From NCBI GenBank assembly GCA_010093815.1, contig ML996578.1: a stretch of 64,000 nt of DNA; one strand, given 5' to 3'. Each line of letters begins with the position of its first letter. The stretch's first letter is position 1. Positions 12,405-24,314 of the stretch are shown here, in pieces. Both the position numbers and the translations under genes were made by a program. The stretch comes from Pseudovirgaria hyperparasitica. Lineage: Eukaryota. Below the pieces are notes generated by a model. It ran no database searches, was not told the DNA's origin, and saw nothing but the letters and a program-made list of their open reading frames with translations.

Positions 12405-13343
12405 GGCTACGGAAAAGCAAGAAGCGTCAGTACTCGAAGCGAGAGAAGATGCGTGTTGGGTATGATTGTGGGTTGCTGGTCAGGAACAGGTACGACGAGG
12501 GGCCGATCGAAATCGTCGACCAGGATGATGCAGAGGCGCATGAAACGCGTCCATACGTGTTTGACATTTAGGCGCTGGAGCGTCCTTCATTAGTGATGGC
12601 GGAAAGGGTGTTACTTACAATTCAGCAACAGTACAGGGGCATCGTCAGCAGTGAGAATGCGTGCAAAGATGGCGATGGAAGGATATCTTTGCGTAGCAAT
12701 TACAGGAAAAGGGGGGTTGTTTGGGGATGGTGGACCGTAGAACGAAAGGGAACCTGGAGCCTGCGCACGGAAATACTAACCTTAGGTCAGACCCCTTTTT
12801 TGCGCGCTTTTTCGCTACGTCACTTCGTCTTGACGATATTATCAAGCCATCTGCACTATTTACTCGTTTCTTACGCATCACATCTTGACTCGTGCCCAAA
12901 GTAAGAGAGATTACTAGAGCATTGTCGTTTCAGATACAAGTCCGCGCCCAATGATCACGCTGTCTGAAAGCTTTGCAAGGGCGTGCAACGCATTAAACAT
13001 TTCCGGCAAGCTCCGTCATACCTCGAAAGATATCTGCATGGATCACCCGTCGCTCAACGAGCGCAACATGTCTCTGTTGTACTACTGATTTCTGCTTTTT
13101 GTTACGTCAACGATGCAATGTGTTTCGAGTTTCAACCACATAGACGACCGTTGATAGCCCAAACGGGCTAGCTTCGGTGTGTCATCGGATCCATATTCTT
13201 GTCAACATCAAGGCTCACTTTCAGGACTCTGTTGAATCAACCAAACACTAATTCATGCAGAAAGTGTGTGATATGTGTGGAACGAACTACTTAAAGGCAT
13301 GAGCTGCCAAAGAAACTAGTAATGATACCAAAGGACTCCTCCC

Positions 13344-14033
13344 TCAGGCCTTCGCCTTATTGATGGCATAAGTTGCGCCCGCTTGCGCGTACTTCTGTAC
13401 AACACCAGTGTGCGGGCTCAAGCTGCTCCCACTATCACAGAACAGATCATTCGAATCGCAGATATCAAGGAGCCTGGCAGAGTATGTGTCTAGCGTCGTG
13501 GTAACACTCCTCTTATAGATGCCACTCCTAGTGCTGGTCCCGCTGTTATACGACTTCCCAGCAACATGCGCTGGACTCGCAAAGCTGACTGTGGCCACAA
13601 TGTTCTTCGTGTACGTGGAGGATAGCGGTGCTTCGGAGCTGAAGCTGGCCCCACCGAGCGCGTCGCCGATGACTTGTCCGCCCTGCGAGTATCCCAGCAA
13701 GACGATCTTGGAGGAAGGACAGGAGGTGGCGTAGGCTGTTATGGCTTTCTTGAGGTTTACCACGCCCGTGTTCTCTGAGGACTCGTAGTTGTCGAGTGTG
13801 GCTGGATAGTCGAGGCCGACTGAAACAGAGCCGGGCAGAGAGTTCTTGATAAGAGTAGAAACCTGGGAAAGGGAACCTTCACCCACAGCCTGGGTAGAGC
13901 CACGGGCAGAGATGATGTAGACGGCGGTTCCGCTGACGCAAGTCGCCTGACGGCTTTGGAGAAAAGAAGGAAGTGTCGGCCATGCTGAGGCGAGGGAGGC
14001 GAGGCCAAGGGCGAGGAGAGCAGTAGAGTGCAT
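13344..14033 (-). CDS. Secreted CE5 esterase (cutinase / acetylxylan esterase II type)
   Basis: Signal peptide MHSTALLALGLASLASA, ARGS motif, GYSQG nucleophile elbow, C...DLFCD and a downstream His. Confidence 0.9.
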   Translation of the reverse strand: MHSTALLALGLASLASAWPTLPSFLQSRQATCVSGTAVYIISARGSTQAVGEGSLSQVSTLIKNSLPGSVSVGLDYPATLDNYESSENTGVVNLKKAITAYATSCPSSKIVLLGYSQGGQVIGDALGGASFSSEAPLSSTYTKNIVATVSFASPAHVAGKSYNSGTSTRSGIYKRSVTTTLDTYSARLLDICDSNDLFCDSGSSLSPHTGVVQKYAQAGATYAINKAKA

Positions 14034-14089
14034 AGTGAGTGTGTTGAAGACGAGCTCTTGGTGCTTACAATCGATGTAGTGGAGCCCTC

Positions 14090-14097
14090 TATTTATA
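14090..14097 (-). promoter_or_regulatory. TATA box of the CE5 gene
   Basis: TATAAATA on the minus strand about 57 nt upstream of ATG 14033. Confidence 0.6.
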
Positions 14098-15087
14098 CAA
14101 ACACGACCACATCCTCGTATTCTTCAAACGGGCATGTAGGACAAGACAATATGTACCTGGCTCAGCGCTATAATACACTCTAAAGCCATACTACCGGCCA
14201 GCAAGCCCAAAGTGGAAGGAAACGAACTACGCACTCAGACTATCATCATAAGCGTTGCTCGAACTACTTGTTTAGTAACAAAGTTTAGCAACGTGATGGC
14301 TATACAATCCAGGAGAGGCTCCAGCCATATTGCTTGGCATATTCATAATAGCAACAGGGGAGAACACGCTAGGCAATTCGTCGAAATGGGATGTTTACTC
14401 CGGCTTGACAACCTTCCTTGACACTCCCCGCAAAAGCATCTAGTCGCAAATCACCCACCCGTTCTTCAAAAACCTAGCAACCCCGCACTCTTCACACAAG
14501 CGATCTTAACGAGCTGCCTGGTTAGGACTAAGGTCGCTACGTGATCGCCTTCCCGTATCCCGGCTGGGCGTCCGGATATGGCTGGACTCGGACCAATATC
14601 CGACGCCGAGACACCTCGTACTACGTACGCATCGCGGGTTCCTGACCATGATGAAACACACACAAAATGCCAAAGCACTTTATATGACATTGGGATTGCT
14701 TACCATCTAGTTCTTAGTATAGTCTGACCTAACCACTGGAGACCTACGACATGGGGCTCTGCGGCTGCGCCGCAATAGACGCTACATCGCCAGCTGTAGC
14801 CGCCTACGTACGACAGCGCACCCAAAAAAAGATAATGTTTCTTGCCATCAACACCAATGATGAATGTAGTACATGCGCTTTACCCGTGCCACATAGAAGA
14901 GGGAGCCGTGCAATATAATGCTCCAGAGTAGGCTGAAGACGCTATAGTGAAATTCTGACTCTGCTGCCTTTTACCTCATCTTTATCATTGTAGCGAAAAC
15001 ACCAGAATTTTCATGATTTCACATTATCGAATAGAAAACAGTTTTGGTCTTGTTTCTTCTTATCTCCCTCACACACACAAACACATA

Positions 15088-16053
15088 ATGAAGTTCCTGG
15101 ACTCGAGCAGGCAGCATTGGAAATTCTCAAAACGCCAGGACGTCGAGGCTCAAGCTCTGGTGTCGGCAACGTCGATATGCGGCTACAAGGACGGCAACGC
15201 CCTGTCCAGCCGGACTGCAGAACCAGGGTACAGATGCAGGTACGATGGCGCTGCGCAGGTCTGGGGCTTCTGCACAGAAAGCATCGACGACATAGCCGGG
15301 TGTCGACTGAACAGTGCGTGCTTCGACCTCAACTCCTGCACATCGGGATGCGGCTGGTTGAATGACCCATCTGGACATACGGTGAAATGGTTAGATGATC
15401 CCCGTAAACACACGTATATTTGGTTACTGATTGTAGTATGGTGTATATATAGTACGAAATCGAGCCGCGGCTTCTGCTCTGCCGCACTGCTTACGGCGAA
15501 TATCGATCAGACGTATACCTATCTCGACTGCGCCGACAGCGCGACCATCGATCATCTACAGGTTACACCGACGGACACCCCCGAGACTACGAGCTCGACG
15601 TTCAGCAGTACGGTGATGCCAGCTGTGGCTTCCTTCACATCGAGTCTCCCTTCTGCGACGACCGGCGTCGTTCCCATCACCACTCCAGCGCCGGCAGCAC
15701 TCACGGCGACGCCCTCTACGGCCACAGACACTGAGGCATCGAATAGAGCTCCACTTCCGGCAATTATTGGCGGTGTCCTGGGCGGGCTTGTGCTCACCTG
15801 CTGTACGCTGCTGGTCTTGCTCCTGGTCTTCCGACGGCGTAGTAAACCTCATGTATGCAAGGATATAAAGCCTACAATCAAGGGCCCGTATCCGGTGTCA
15901 AATGATACGAATGACATGGATGTCAAGTATTATATCAGCGATATCAAGGGGTCATTGAAGGGTAGTCGGGCTACGTTGAGGGTGAATCGCAGTCCGGTCG
16001 AGATTTCCGAGAGTAATTACTGGTCAAGGAGCCCAGTAGAATTAGCCGGTTGA
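15088..16053 (+). CDS. Cys-rich domain, Ser/Thr stalk and single transmembrane helix (cell-surface sensor-like architecture); probable in-frame intron 15390-15452
   Basis: SICGYKDG...GYRCRYD...WGFC...CTSGCG, a Thr/Ser-rich linker, then AIIGGVLGGLVLTCCTLLVLLLVF followed by RRR. The start could instead be 15013. Confidence 0.75.
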   Translation: MKFLDSSRQHWKFSKRQDVEAQALVSATSICGYKDGNALSSRTAEPGYRCRYDGAAQVWGFCTESIDDIAGCRLNSACFDLNSCTSGCGWLNDPSGHTVKWLDDPRKHTYIWLLIVVWCIYSTKSSRGFCSAALLTANIDQTYTYLDCADSATIDHLQVTPTDTPETTSSTFSSTVMPAVASFTSSLPSATTGVVPITTPAPAALTATPSTATDTEASNRAPLPAIIGGVLGGLVLTCCTLLVLLLVFRRRSKPHVCKDIKPTIKGPYPVSNDTNDMDVKYYISDIKGSLKGSRATLRVNRSPVEISESNYWSRSPVELAG

Positions 16054-16205
16054 GTGTGAGTATAAGAACGCATAGCATTCTTTCACAATTCAAACTCAGT
16101 TTACAACCTGCCAATACCCCTCCAACACATTCTGGCAATCGTTGCACGTGTAGAGGTTCCTGGACAAGCCAGGGATCCAGAGCCCAACTCCTCGACTTCA
16201 ATTGA

Positions 16206-17767
16206 TCAATCACCGCCCAGCAGCCCAGCCGCATTCCACACCGTCGTCCCAAACTGATCCAGATTGAAGCACCACAGCCCCAGATTTCTCAACAGCGCAT
16301 CGTCCTCGACAACGCCATTCCTCACGCTGCGCAAGTGTCCGATTGTCATGACTTCACGCCCGCTCTTCGCACGCAGATACTCCTGATACTTGCGCTCCCA
16401 CTCGATGCGCGTGCGCGCTTCCCACAGATCCTTGGTCGCGGGCAAGGGCACGGCGTCGAGCCCTTCTGGCTGTGTGGACGGAGACGGAGATGAGGTGGAG
16501 GTGGGCGTGATGCGCATGTCGAGAAGGCGACCTAGGATGAACAGCAGGATAGTAGTGCGACGCACGCTCTCGGCGTAGATCCATTCTTCCCATGAGGGGA
16601 AGCCGCCGGACTTTTCCTTGTCGCAGAGCAGGCCGTACCGTTGGAGGACGCGGTTGGCGACGATCTGTAGATGAGAAGCATTAGCATTAGCGCCATAGGC
16701 ATGTGCACGTCATAGACGACGACAAAAGACAAGAACGTAATGAGAAGACAGACTTACACCGAGCGCAACGACAATCGAACCATCGCACTGCACCTTCTGC
16801 TCGTCCGTAAGCAGACTATACATCAGCGTATACAGCGCCATCGTCTGGAAGCACTCGAGCAGCATCCACTTGCCATAGCCCTCAAACTACACAGAAAAAA
16901 TTTCCATCAGCAAACTCTTCAATCTCGAACAAAAAAAAGAGAATCCCACTGCCCCCCCCCCCCTTTCCTTCTCACTCAGACACACGCAACCACGTGACCC
17001 ACCTCGCTCAGCATCCTCTTCTGCTCATAATGCCCCGTCGTGCTCAGCAGCCCGAAATTGTTCACCGTCGTCGCAAGACTCATCTGCACCACCCCACACG
17101 CATTGTCCAGCGGGCCGTGCCAGCACACATGCTTGCCCTTGCCCTCACACTCGCGCGTGCCCGTCCGCAGACACGTCGCGTGGACGTACGGCGGCAACGC
17201 CAGACCCTCTACCAGCATGCGTGGCCACGTCGCCAGCGAGCCATGTACGACGCGGGATAGCAGTGCGGCTGAGGCCGTAGATGGGGTGCGCGCGAGCGTG
17301 AAGCGCGGGTTTGCGGACGTGGGGTCTGGGTCGAATAGGTGTGGGCGGTCGGACGTAGATCCGGATCCAGATCCAGAGCCGGTGGTGGATGAGGAGGAGG
17401 GACCGGACGGGGAGAAGGTGTCGAGGTCGAGCGGGCTGCCGAAGAGGGAGTCGAAGGGGGCTTCGGTGGTTTGGTAGTTGTTGTATGCTCCGGGGGCGTG
17501 CTCGGTGGGTATTGTGGATGTGTGGGATGGTGGCACTTGGGCTGTGGTGGTGAAGGAGAAGCCGTTGTAGTCTGATGATGAGGGAGCTGCTGCTGTGGAT
17601 AGGGTTTCGTCTCGTTCGCGCAGAGGTTGTATGTTTGGGAGTGTGACGTCCTTGTATATGCATGTCGAGCCGCGAGAGGTACAGCGGGTGCACGTGGGGA
17701 AGGTTAGACTGCAGCGGGTTTTTGCGGCGCGACATTGCTCGCAGGACTTTTTGCGCGAGTAGGACAT
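16206..17767 (-). CDS. Zn(II)2Cys6 transcription factor; introns 16887-17002 and about 16665-16757
   Basis: RKKSCEQCRAAKTRCSLTFPTCTRCTSRGSTCIY binuclear cluster. C-terminal WEEWIYAESVRRT and PLPATKDLWEA motifs join in frame through canonical introns. Confidence 0.88.
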
Positions 17768-18157
17768 GCTTTGTCTGTGGGATTGTGTATACCGGCTGTT
17801 TATAGACATCCTTGAAGGGGTTGCTGGGTTGGGGTGCTTGTATAGCGAGATTGGGGAAGGTCGTAGTATCAAGAAACCAGGGACTGGGATGTTGTCATAT
17901 AGTGCCCTAGTAAGCCTAGTGTGTGTATAAGGTACATACCGATCTGCGGACAAGAATAGTCTGTGTAAATAATTAATTATTCCCGCATCAACCACGTCTT
18001 CTGAGATTTATTTTTCGATCTATCCGAAGAAGGACAAGATAGAGCAAAGGAATATAAATTATACCAGTAGGCTAATCGTTCGTGGGGGCTGTGTATTTAT
18101 ACTTTGATATGAAGTCTTCGAGATTAATTAGTCCGCGATAACTCCCCCGGATGGCAG

Positions 18158-18195
18158 CCAAAAAGGCCCCCAAAAGGCCCCCAAAAGGCCCCCAA
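18158..18195. repeat. Short tandem repeat, roughly (CCAAAAGGCCC)x3
   Basis: ccaaaaaggccccaaaaggcccccaaaaggccccaaa. Confidence 0.7.
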
Positions 18196-18780
18196 ATCGG
18201 CTGCCAGACCCGCTGTCTGGGGCTGCCAAAGGTGCAAATATTGCGACTACGTTCCATGATGTTGTTCACTTGACATTGCCATTCCAAGCCAGCACGAGCC
18301 AATCAGAGCTCGTGGTTTGCTTCGTACCGACAGTACCGACATGCCAACAGTGCCGATGGTAATAGCATGTCTGACACACATCTACACTAGTAAATTCCAA
18401 TACTATTATAGATCGTCTCACTCCTGGATACTTAGGAAGCTCTTCTACAGATCTCATCGTTTCAGATCTTAATATACTTTCTCTATGTCCTTAGAACGAG
18501 CAGAGCACTGATCTGTAGGCCTGATGATGACAACCTCAAGGACTTACGATTCAAATCAAGTGAAGAGTAGCGCCATGTCACACGTATAGTTGAGCACATG
18601 AGTGGATCACAGAAACACTTCAATAAAGAGCAGTGATGAACATTTTCAACTATCATATTGTCTACTCTACAAGTCAAGCAAGTTCAGAAGCCAACAGAGC
18701 AACGAAAACGGACACAAAGTCCCACACAAACAACAAAGACTACGCAATGATACACTATCGCCCAAACGACTTGCTCTTCC

Positions 18781-19863
18781 CTAGTACGCATATGGCCGAA
18801 CCGTGAACCTCAAAGCGTCATACAGCTCCGCACTCAGCCAGTCCTGACCCTCCCCAAGAACCATCTCTCCTCCCAATATGATATTCCCATAGAAATCCTG
18901 CTCCACTTGCACACGAGGCCCAAAAGTCGCCCACTGCGTGGCGTCCAAGCCCGCCGTGCAGAACACCTGGAGCATAAGATAGTGACGCACCATGTTCCCA
19001 GCATGACGCCTAAACGCCTGGCCCTCCATGATAATCTGCATATATGGATACTCAACCCGCACCTGTCTCAGTTTTTCTGCGTCTTCGAGCCGCATGCCGA
19101 GCTCCGGCAGCCGGCGCACTACCATATCGTATAATTCGGCCAAGATGCTGATCTCGCGGATGTACTCAATCGGCGTCGTGAATGCGTCGAGGAAGGCGAG
19201 GAGCGAGTTGAGGTTGCCCAAGCGCAGGGTGCGGCCGTTGTACAGGCTTGCGGCGGCTTCGTTGTAGAGGGTGCGGCTGGCGGAGAGCAGGGAGGCGGTC
19301 GTGGTGACGAGGGTGGTTTTGGGAATCGGGTCGAGCTTGCGGTTGTAGCTGGCTGTGACGGGGAAGAGGTGGTAGAGCACGCCTGAGGAGAAGAGCGAGG
19401 TGAAGAGGAATTCGTAGATCATGTCGCGGAGCTCAGGGGGCAGGTCGAAGAGGCGGAAGTGTGTTGGAGGAACGCAATCGTGGGGAATTGGGGGAAGCCT
19501 GTACTGGACCTTGAAGTTGAGACTGATCTCGTCTGTCACAACAGGGGACTCATCGGGAATAGCTGGGACGAGTTCTGTCCATGCACGATCGCGTGTGTAC
19601 TGGCCTTGTATCAATCTGAACTTCTCTGCGTCGTCCAAGGGCATCAGGAATCTCCAATAGACGGTAGATGGATCAACATTATTCGCTATCAGCACCTTCA
19701 AACCGTCGACAATCAGGGAAGTTCCAACAATCTTGTGATATTCGGCAGTCTTGGTAATATCGATGGCGTCGGTTGACTCTTTGTCTTCGGGGCATTGTTT
19801 CCAAGGAAGCAACCATCTCCGTAGCGAAGCAATGCCGAAAGGCCTGGTGTGAATGCTGGCCAT
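18781..19863 (-). CDS. Hypothetical protein with F-box-like LP.E.R..IY motif
   Basis: FRLFDLPPELRDMIYEFL and LLSASRTLYNEAAASLY, motifs typical of large fungal F-box-like families. Confidence 0.72.
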   Translation of the reverse strand: MASIHTRPFGIASLRRWLLPWKQCPEDKESTDAIDITKTAEYHKIVGTSLIVDGLKVLIANNVDPSTVYWRFLMPLDDAEKFRLIQGQYTRDRAWTELVPAIPDESPVVTDEISLNFKVQYRLPPIPHDCVPPTHFRLFDLPPELRDMIYEFLFTSLFSSGVLYHLFPVTASYNRKLDPIPKTTLVTTTASLLSASRTLYNEAAASLYNGRTLRLGNLNSLLAFLDAFTTPIEYIREISILAELYDMVVRRLPELGMRLEDAEKLRQVRVEYPYMQIIMEGQAFRRHAGNMVRHYLMLQVFCTAGLDATQWATFGPRVQVEQDFYGNIILGGEMVLGEGQDWLSAELYDALRFTVRPYAY

Positions 19864-20900
19864 GTTCTCCAGAATGGGTGCTTATCGGACGTGGTGGATT
19901 GTCGATGGTAGAAGATAAGTTGACAGAAAATGAAGGGCTGTAGAAAACTTTTAAGTAAGCGAGCGTGGACGCGTTCGATAGAACACAACACATAAACAAA
20001 CATAACCCAGGTCACACGTGCTAAATAAGTGAAAAATACACGACAAGTAGATACCATCACTAACGGAGCGGTATTCAGCTGGAACAACATATAAAATTTG
20101 CAACCAGCAACAGCAAGATATCAAGATAGGTATTACTCCAAATGCCGACAATGTACGATAACAATCAATAGAACTACTTCTCCTTCCCACTGCAAGCGAG
20201 TAAAGCACGAGAGACGACTCTGAAGTGAAAATTTCATTACAGCCCACAAAAAACACGCCCACGCACCTATGAAAGGCCATTCATTGAACAGATTTTCAAT
20301 AACAAGACAGCATTCTGCGAACCACCCCTGCATAACCCCTATCTCCCCTCGACATTCGCGTGTCCAAAGAGCTCAACCCTTGGAATTAGGCCACGCAAGT
20401 GAAAAGAAAGTATACATAGCAAGAAGTAATCAGAATACGCCAACACCCACCCCCTATCTCAAATAATGAGTGTGTTCTACAACGAGTGTGCGTGGGTATT
20501 GATATCTACCTCCTTCGTCAGACACAAATATTAACAGTGACTCCTCAATATCATCCGGACAGTGGGCTCACAACTGAAAAGGGGGTGTGCTTCTCATCCG
20601 TCACGCACTATAAGAGGGAATGTGTTATGTTTACTTTGTTTGCTAGTCTACTTCAACCGCATGGCACGTCTCAACCAACACCAACAATCTCATCGCGCTC
20701 ATACCATCCGTTCCGTAATCCGATTCCGACTCCAACGCAAAAAATGTATCCAGCCTCAGTTTCCAACTAGGCTGCTTCAAACACGTACTCAAGTCTACCG
20801 TCACGATATCGAGATTTCTGTGTGGATTGACACAGTCTGAAGTTTCACTCAGCCGGCCCTTTCACCGCTGTGTCGGCTGTGGTCTTGCTGGTGGTTGAGC

Positions 20901-23900
20901 CTACGCCTGCTCTGCCTGTATTCCCAAACCCATTGTATCAACACTGGTCCCCGGACGTCCCGTTGCATCGGGTCCGGACGCACTCCCACCTCGCATTTCT
21001 CGCATCCTACGCCCTTCCATCAGCCCTCTCAGCCCTCGCTTCTGTAGTCCAACCACGGCACTGAGTTCGCCAGCCCAAATCTCGCGCTCGGTGCCGGGGC
21101 CCGAGAGCTCGGAGCCAAGTTCGCTTGCACTGGTACTTGTGCTGGTACTGCTCAGCTCGTCTTCACTGCGATTTCCATCGCCAGGGGCCCGCAGATCCGT
21201 GTTTATTCTCGCGAGGCCTTGGGCCATGGCTGTTGTGCCCATCGCGTTGGCCGAAGCTAATTTCGCTGCGGATAGGCTTGTATCGTCGTGAAGCTCGAGG
21301 TCGAGCTCGACGTCTTCATCAAGCTCTCGGAGTGCGGATGCGGAAAGGGCTTCGCCTTGGGAGAGGACTTGAGCTGGAGTCGACGTGAATGCAACACCGG
21401 CGCCGCCACCAGCAGCCATGGCAGCGGCGTTGAATATGGCGGCTGTGTTGCGGCCGTCGAGGACAGCGTGTTGACGCTCGATGATGGCTTCGAGAAGGCC
21501 GTCGATCTGGTACGGGCGTGCTATTTGTAGCAGAGAGCAAAGAATTTGTGGGGTGCATAGCGGACTGGACGGGGGAGGTAAAGCGGAAGTGTAGAGGAAG
21601 TGCACGAGCGCTTGTACGGTAAGTTTGGTATGAGGGAGGTAAAGGGCACGTGAGCGAGAAATAGCAGGAGGGCCAGAACGCAAGTCAGGTAGTGCCCATG
21701 GTGGTGATCCTGTGGTTTCTGAATATGTACTATTGTTGAGGGTGGTTGCAGACGAGTAGGTAGTTTTGATAGAAGGAGTGATCGTGATGGACGAGTTGCG
21801 AGATGGGTGGGTGGATAGACCGGAGGGACGAAGGGTAGCAGTGTCAGCGTTTTCAGCAGTGAGGTCAACTGAGAGAGTGCCCTCTCGAAGGAGTGTGTTG
21901 AAATACGGGCCCCACCTTCGAGCGGCGATGTGAGAATTAATAGGTATTCTATCATTTTCGATAGTAATGATTTCCATGTCGTTAAGTTCTCTGAGCCCCA
22001 TGGCCAGGTGTCCGAGGTCCTCCGCCGCTGCAGATAGCTGCCGGCCACCGGCATTATGGTCCAAATCAGCTGTTTGTAGCGGCGCACTGACTGACTGGTA
22101 TCTCGATAGCGGTGACGTCTTTCTCGGGTTCTCATATAGACCGAATGCCTCCAGCTCTACCATTATGACGTTTGTAAAGTTGATGCGTCGGTGGTTGTAG
22201 TCGTCTACTAGGCTCCTCTTACGATTTCCTAGAACCACGAAGGTGTTTCTTCTTGACCAAAGAACACCGCGATTCCAGCTCCCGGTGGTAAAGATGGTTC
22301 CTCCAGCATCGATCTTGCTCCACGTCATATTTCTCAGATCCAGTGCCCAGAGAGCGTACTCCTGCTTGGAGGATGTTAGAAATGTGCCACTGACAACGAA
22401 GTGATTGTTGATCACTCCGCCGTTGGGGAACCTGAGCCCTGGCGGGGATGGAGATCCTTCCATTTGCTTTTCTTGAAGATTACCGGCCGGATCTCGGATC
22501 TGGAGCTCTAGTTTTACATCGAGGAAGTTGTAGTTTGAATATAACAGCATTGATGAAGCGCCATGTGCTTGGCTTGTTGATTTCCGTTCCGGAGTCTGCC
22601 GTTCATTACTTTGAGAACCTACATCCTCAGCAGATATTGTTGTGAGAGGCGCAACGACACTTCTATAGGCACCACATGCCTTGCCTAGTCTGTTTGATGG
22701 TTGCCACTTTAGACTTCGTAGATTGAAAATGCTTATTTCTTCAATGTAATGATTCCCGCTGTCTTGGCCGCCAACGACTATCATTTCCGCGCCACCTGTG
22801 CCATCTATCTCGGTACCAAGCTTTCCCTGGTTTGGATTTTCAGAGGACGGATTGTGTTGTATCGCAGACGTGGTCGCACTGTTAGAGGTGAAAACCGCGG
22901 ATGAAGGTAGAATTGCAGCGCAATGGGCATAACGTCCTTGCGGTGAATCTGGCGATTGTATGTTTACCCAGGTTCGGCTTGGGACGTCGTAGATATGTAT
23001 GTCGGACATGACGACAACCTCCGGCTGTTCTTGAGCTGATTGTGGTTGTGTACTTTGGCCAGGAGGTGACCGGGCAGGCGACATTCCCCCGTAGCATACC
23101 ATTTTCTTATCTCCCAGTGGACAAACACTGTGAAAATATCTAGGTGGCGGAATGTCTCCTTTAGCATCGATTTTGGTCCAATGTCTCTTGATGAGATCCA
23201 GTTCGTACAAGTCCGAGGTCAACGGTGGTTTCGTGCGGGATAGCCTACGTCCTCCAAAGACATACACCTTGTCCCCTAAGACAGTAGTTGTGGCCCCAAC
23301 CAAAGGATGCGGTTCCCTCCCAGTTGTGCGGTGCACATTGCATACCAGTCCAGATAAGCCAGAGGTGGAATTTGCTGTTGAACCTACGCCTGCTGTCTGG
23401 CCCATCGCGGGCGAAGGTCCACCAGAAGCTACCGATCCCGGTGTGTGAGAGGTGGCGCTGTTAGGCTCCACGTCCTGGCCCATCCGATTGAGGCTCGTGG
23501 AACTCGCATTATTATTCATGTTGATATGGTTTCCGTTCAATCCGTTACGCAGGCCTAATTGTGAAGGTGAGGGCGCAGAAGTGGCAGAATCCAATGTACT
23601 CGTTCTACTTTTACTTGACTCTCGCCTTGCCATACTACCAAGTCTATCAACAAAGGTAGTGGGCAGTTCGGTAACGCCCTTCCCGTCCCGAGGACCAATT
23701 GAGACTGGATTGGTGGACGAACACGAGGACGAAGGAGGTACCAGAGAATCTATCCTCGGCCGTTCAGGAACAGATTGATCGATTATTTCATGCGGTCGTG
23801 CCCCGTTCGTGTGTTCTGCAAGACCCTTTGGACCCGGGGAATTCGGGATGGGAAAGTCTGATAATGAGATATCGTCAAGACTGGATATAAATGGAAGCTG

Positions 23901-24314
23901 CAGATGAAGGTACGGAGACGAACTAATTTGTTCTGCAGATTTGACCAGTGGGGAATCCTCGTGAGCCGGTTCTAAATCAGGACCCTCGACAGTAGATTGA
24001 AGCCTTTCTTCGCTCGAAGTGGACGGATGCGCTTCGGTCGTTGGTGATAGCTCAAGAGACACACTCGACTTGGTTGAAGGAGACAATACGTTACGCGTTC
24101 TCTGTCGTAAGTGGAGGCCTGTGACAGAGGGAGAACGGAGCCCAGCAGACCCAATATCTCGAGGCTTCTTACTCTTCTTGGAGCTTTTTGACTTTGTCCA
24201 CAGGTACGAGTCTTGCGCTATACCACACGCTGGATCGACCACTGCAGTTGGACGACTGCCGACTCCTAGAGGCAGCATCGTCAGCGACTTTCCAAGCATA
24301 GCAGCCTCGTTCAT
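20901..24314 (-). CDS. Kelch-repeat plus BTB-like protein, Mds3/Pmd1-like; start is ATG 24314 or 23633
   Basis: Kelch repeats (LVGATTTVLGDKVYVFGG, PPPRYFHS, PQGRYAHCA, PPGLRFP) and a BTB-like region (RIPINSHIAARRWGPYF...ALVHFLYT). The family name comes from recall and was not searched. Confidence 0.75.
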   Translation of the reverse strand: MNEAAMLGKSLTMLPLGVGSRPTAVVDPACGIAQDSYLWTKSKSSKKSKKPRDIGSAGLRSPSVTGLHLRQRTRNVLSPSTKSSVSLELSPTTEAHPSTSSEERLQSTVEGPDLEPAHEDSPLVKSAEQISSSPYLHLQLPFISSLDDISLSDFPIPNSPGPKGLAEHTNGARPHEIIDQSVPERPRIDSLVPPSSSCSSTNPVSIGPRDGKGVTELPTTFVDRLGSMARRESSKSRTSTLDSATSAPSPSQLGLRNGLNGNHINMNNNASSTSLNRMGQDVEPNSATSHTPGSVASGGPSPAMGQTAGVGSTANSTSGLSGLVCNVHRTTGREPHPLVGATTTVLGDKVYVFGGRRLSRTKPPLTSDLYELDLIKRHWTKIDAKGDIPPPRYFHSVCPLGDKKMVCYGGMSPARSPPGQSTQPQSAQEQPEVVVMSDIHIYDVPSRTWVNIQSPDSPQGRYAHCAAILPSSAVFTSNSATTSAIQHNPSSENPNQGKLGTEIDGTGGAEMIVVGGQDSGNHYIEEISIFNLRSLKWQPSNRLGKACGAYRSVVAPLTTISAEDVGSQSNERQTPERKSTSQAHGASSMLLYSNYNFLDVKLELQIRDPAGNLQEKQMEGSPSPPGLRFPNGGVINNHFVVSGTFLTSSKQEYALWALDLRNMTWSKIDAGGTIFTTGSWNRGVLWSRRNTFVVLGNRKRSLVDDYNHRRINFTNVIMVELEAFGLYENPRKTSPLSRYQSVSAPLQTADLDHNAGGRQLSAAAEDLGHLAMGLRELNDMEIITIENDRIPINSHIAARRWGPYFNTLLREGTLSVDLTAENADTATLRPSGLSTHPSRNSSITITPSIKTTYSSATTLNNSTYSETTGSPPWALPDLRSGPPAISRSRALYLPHTKLTVQALVHFLYTSALPPPSSPLCTPQILCSLLQIARPYQIDGLLEAIIERQHAVLDGRNTAAIFNAAAMAAGGGAGVAFTSTPAQVLSQGEALSASALRELDEDVELDLELHDDTSLSAAKLASANAMGTTAMAQGLARINTDLRAPGDGNRSEDELSSTSTSTSASELGSELSGPGTEREIWAGELSAVVGLQKRGLRGLMEGRRMREMRGGSASGPDATGRPGTSVDTMGLGIQAEQA

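Noticed and set aside
13344..19863. CE5 esterase, membrane protein, Zn2Cys6 factor and F-box-like gene as a secondary-metabolite or virulence cluster
   Set aside because: No backbone enzyme, tailoring set, transporter or mobile boundaries; it looks like ordinary lineage-variable genes.
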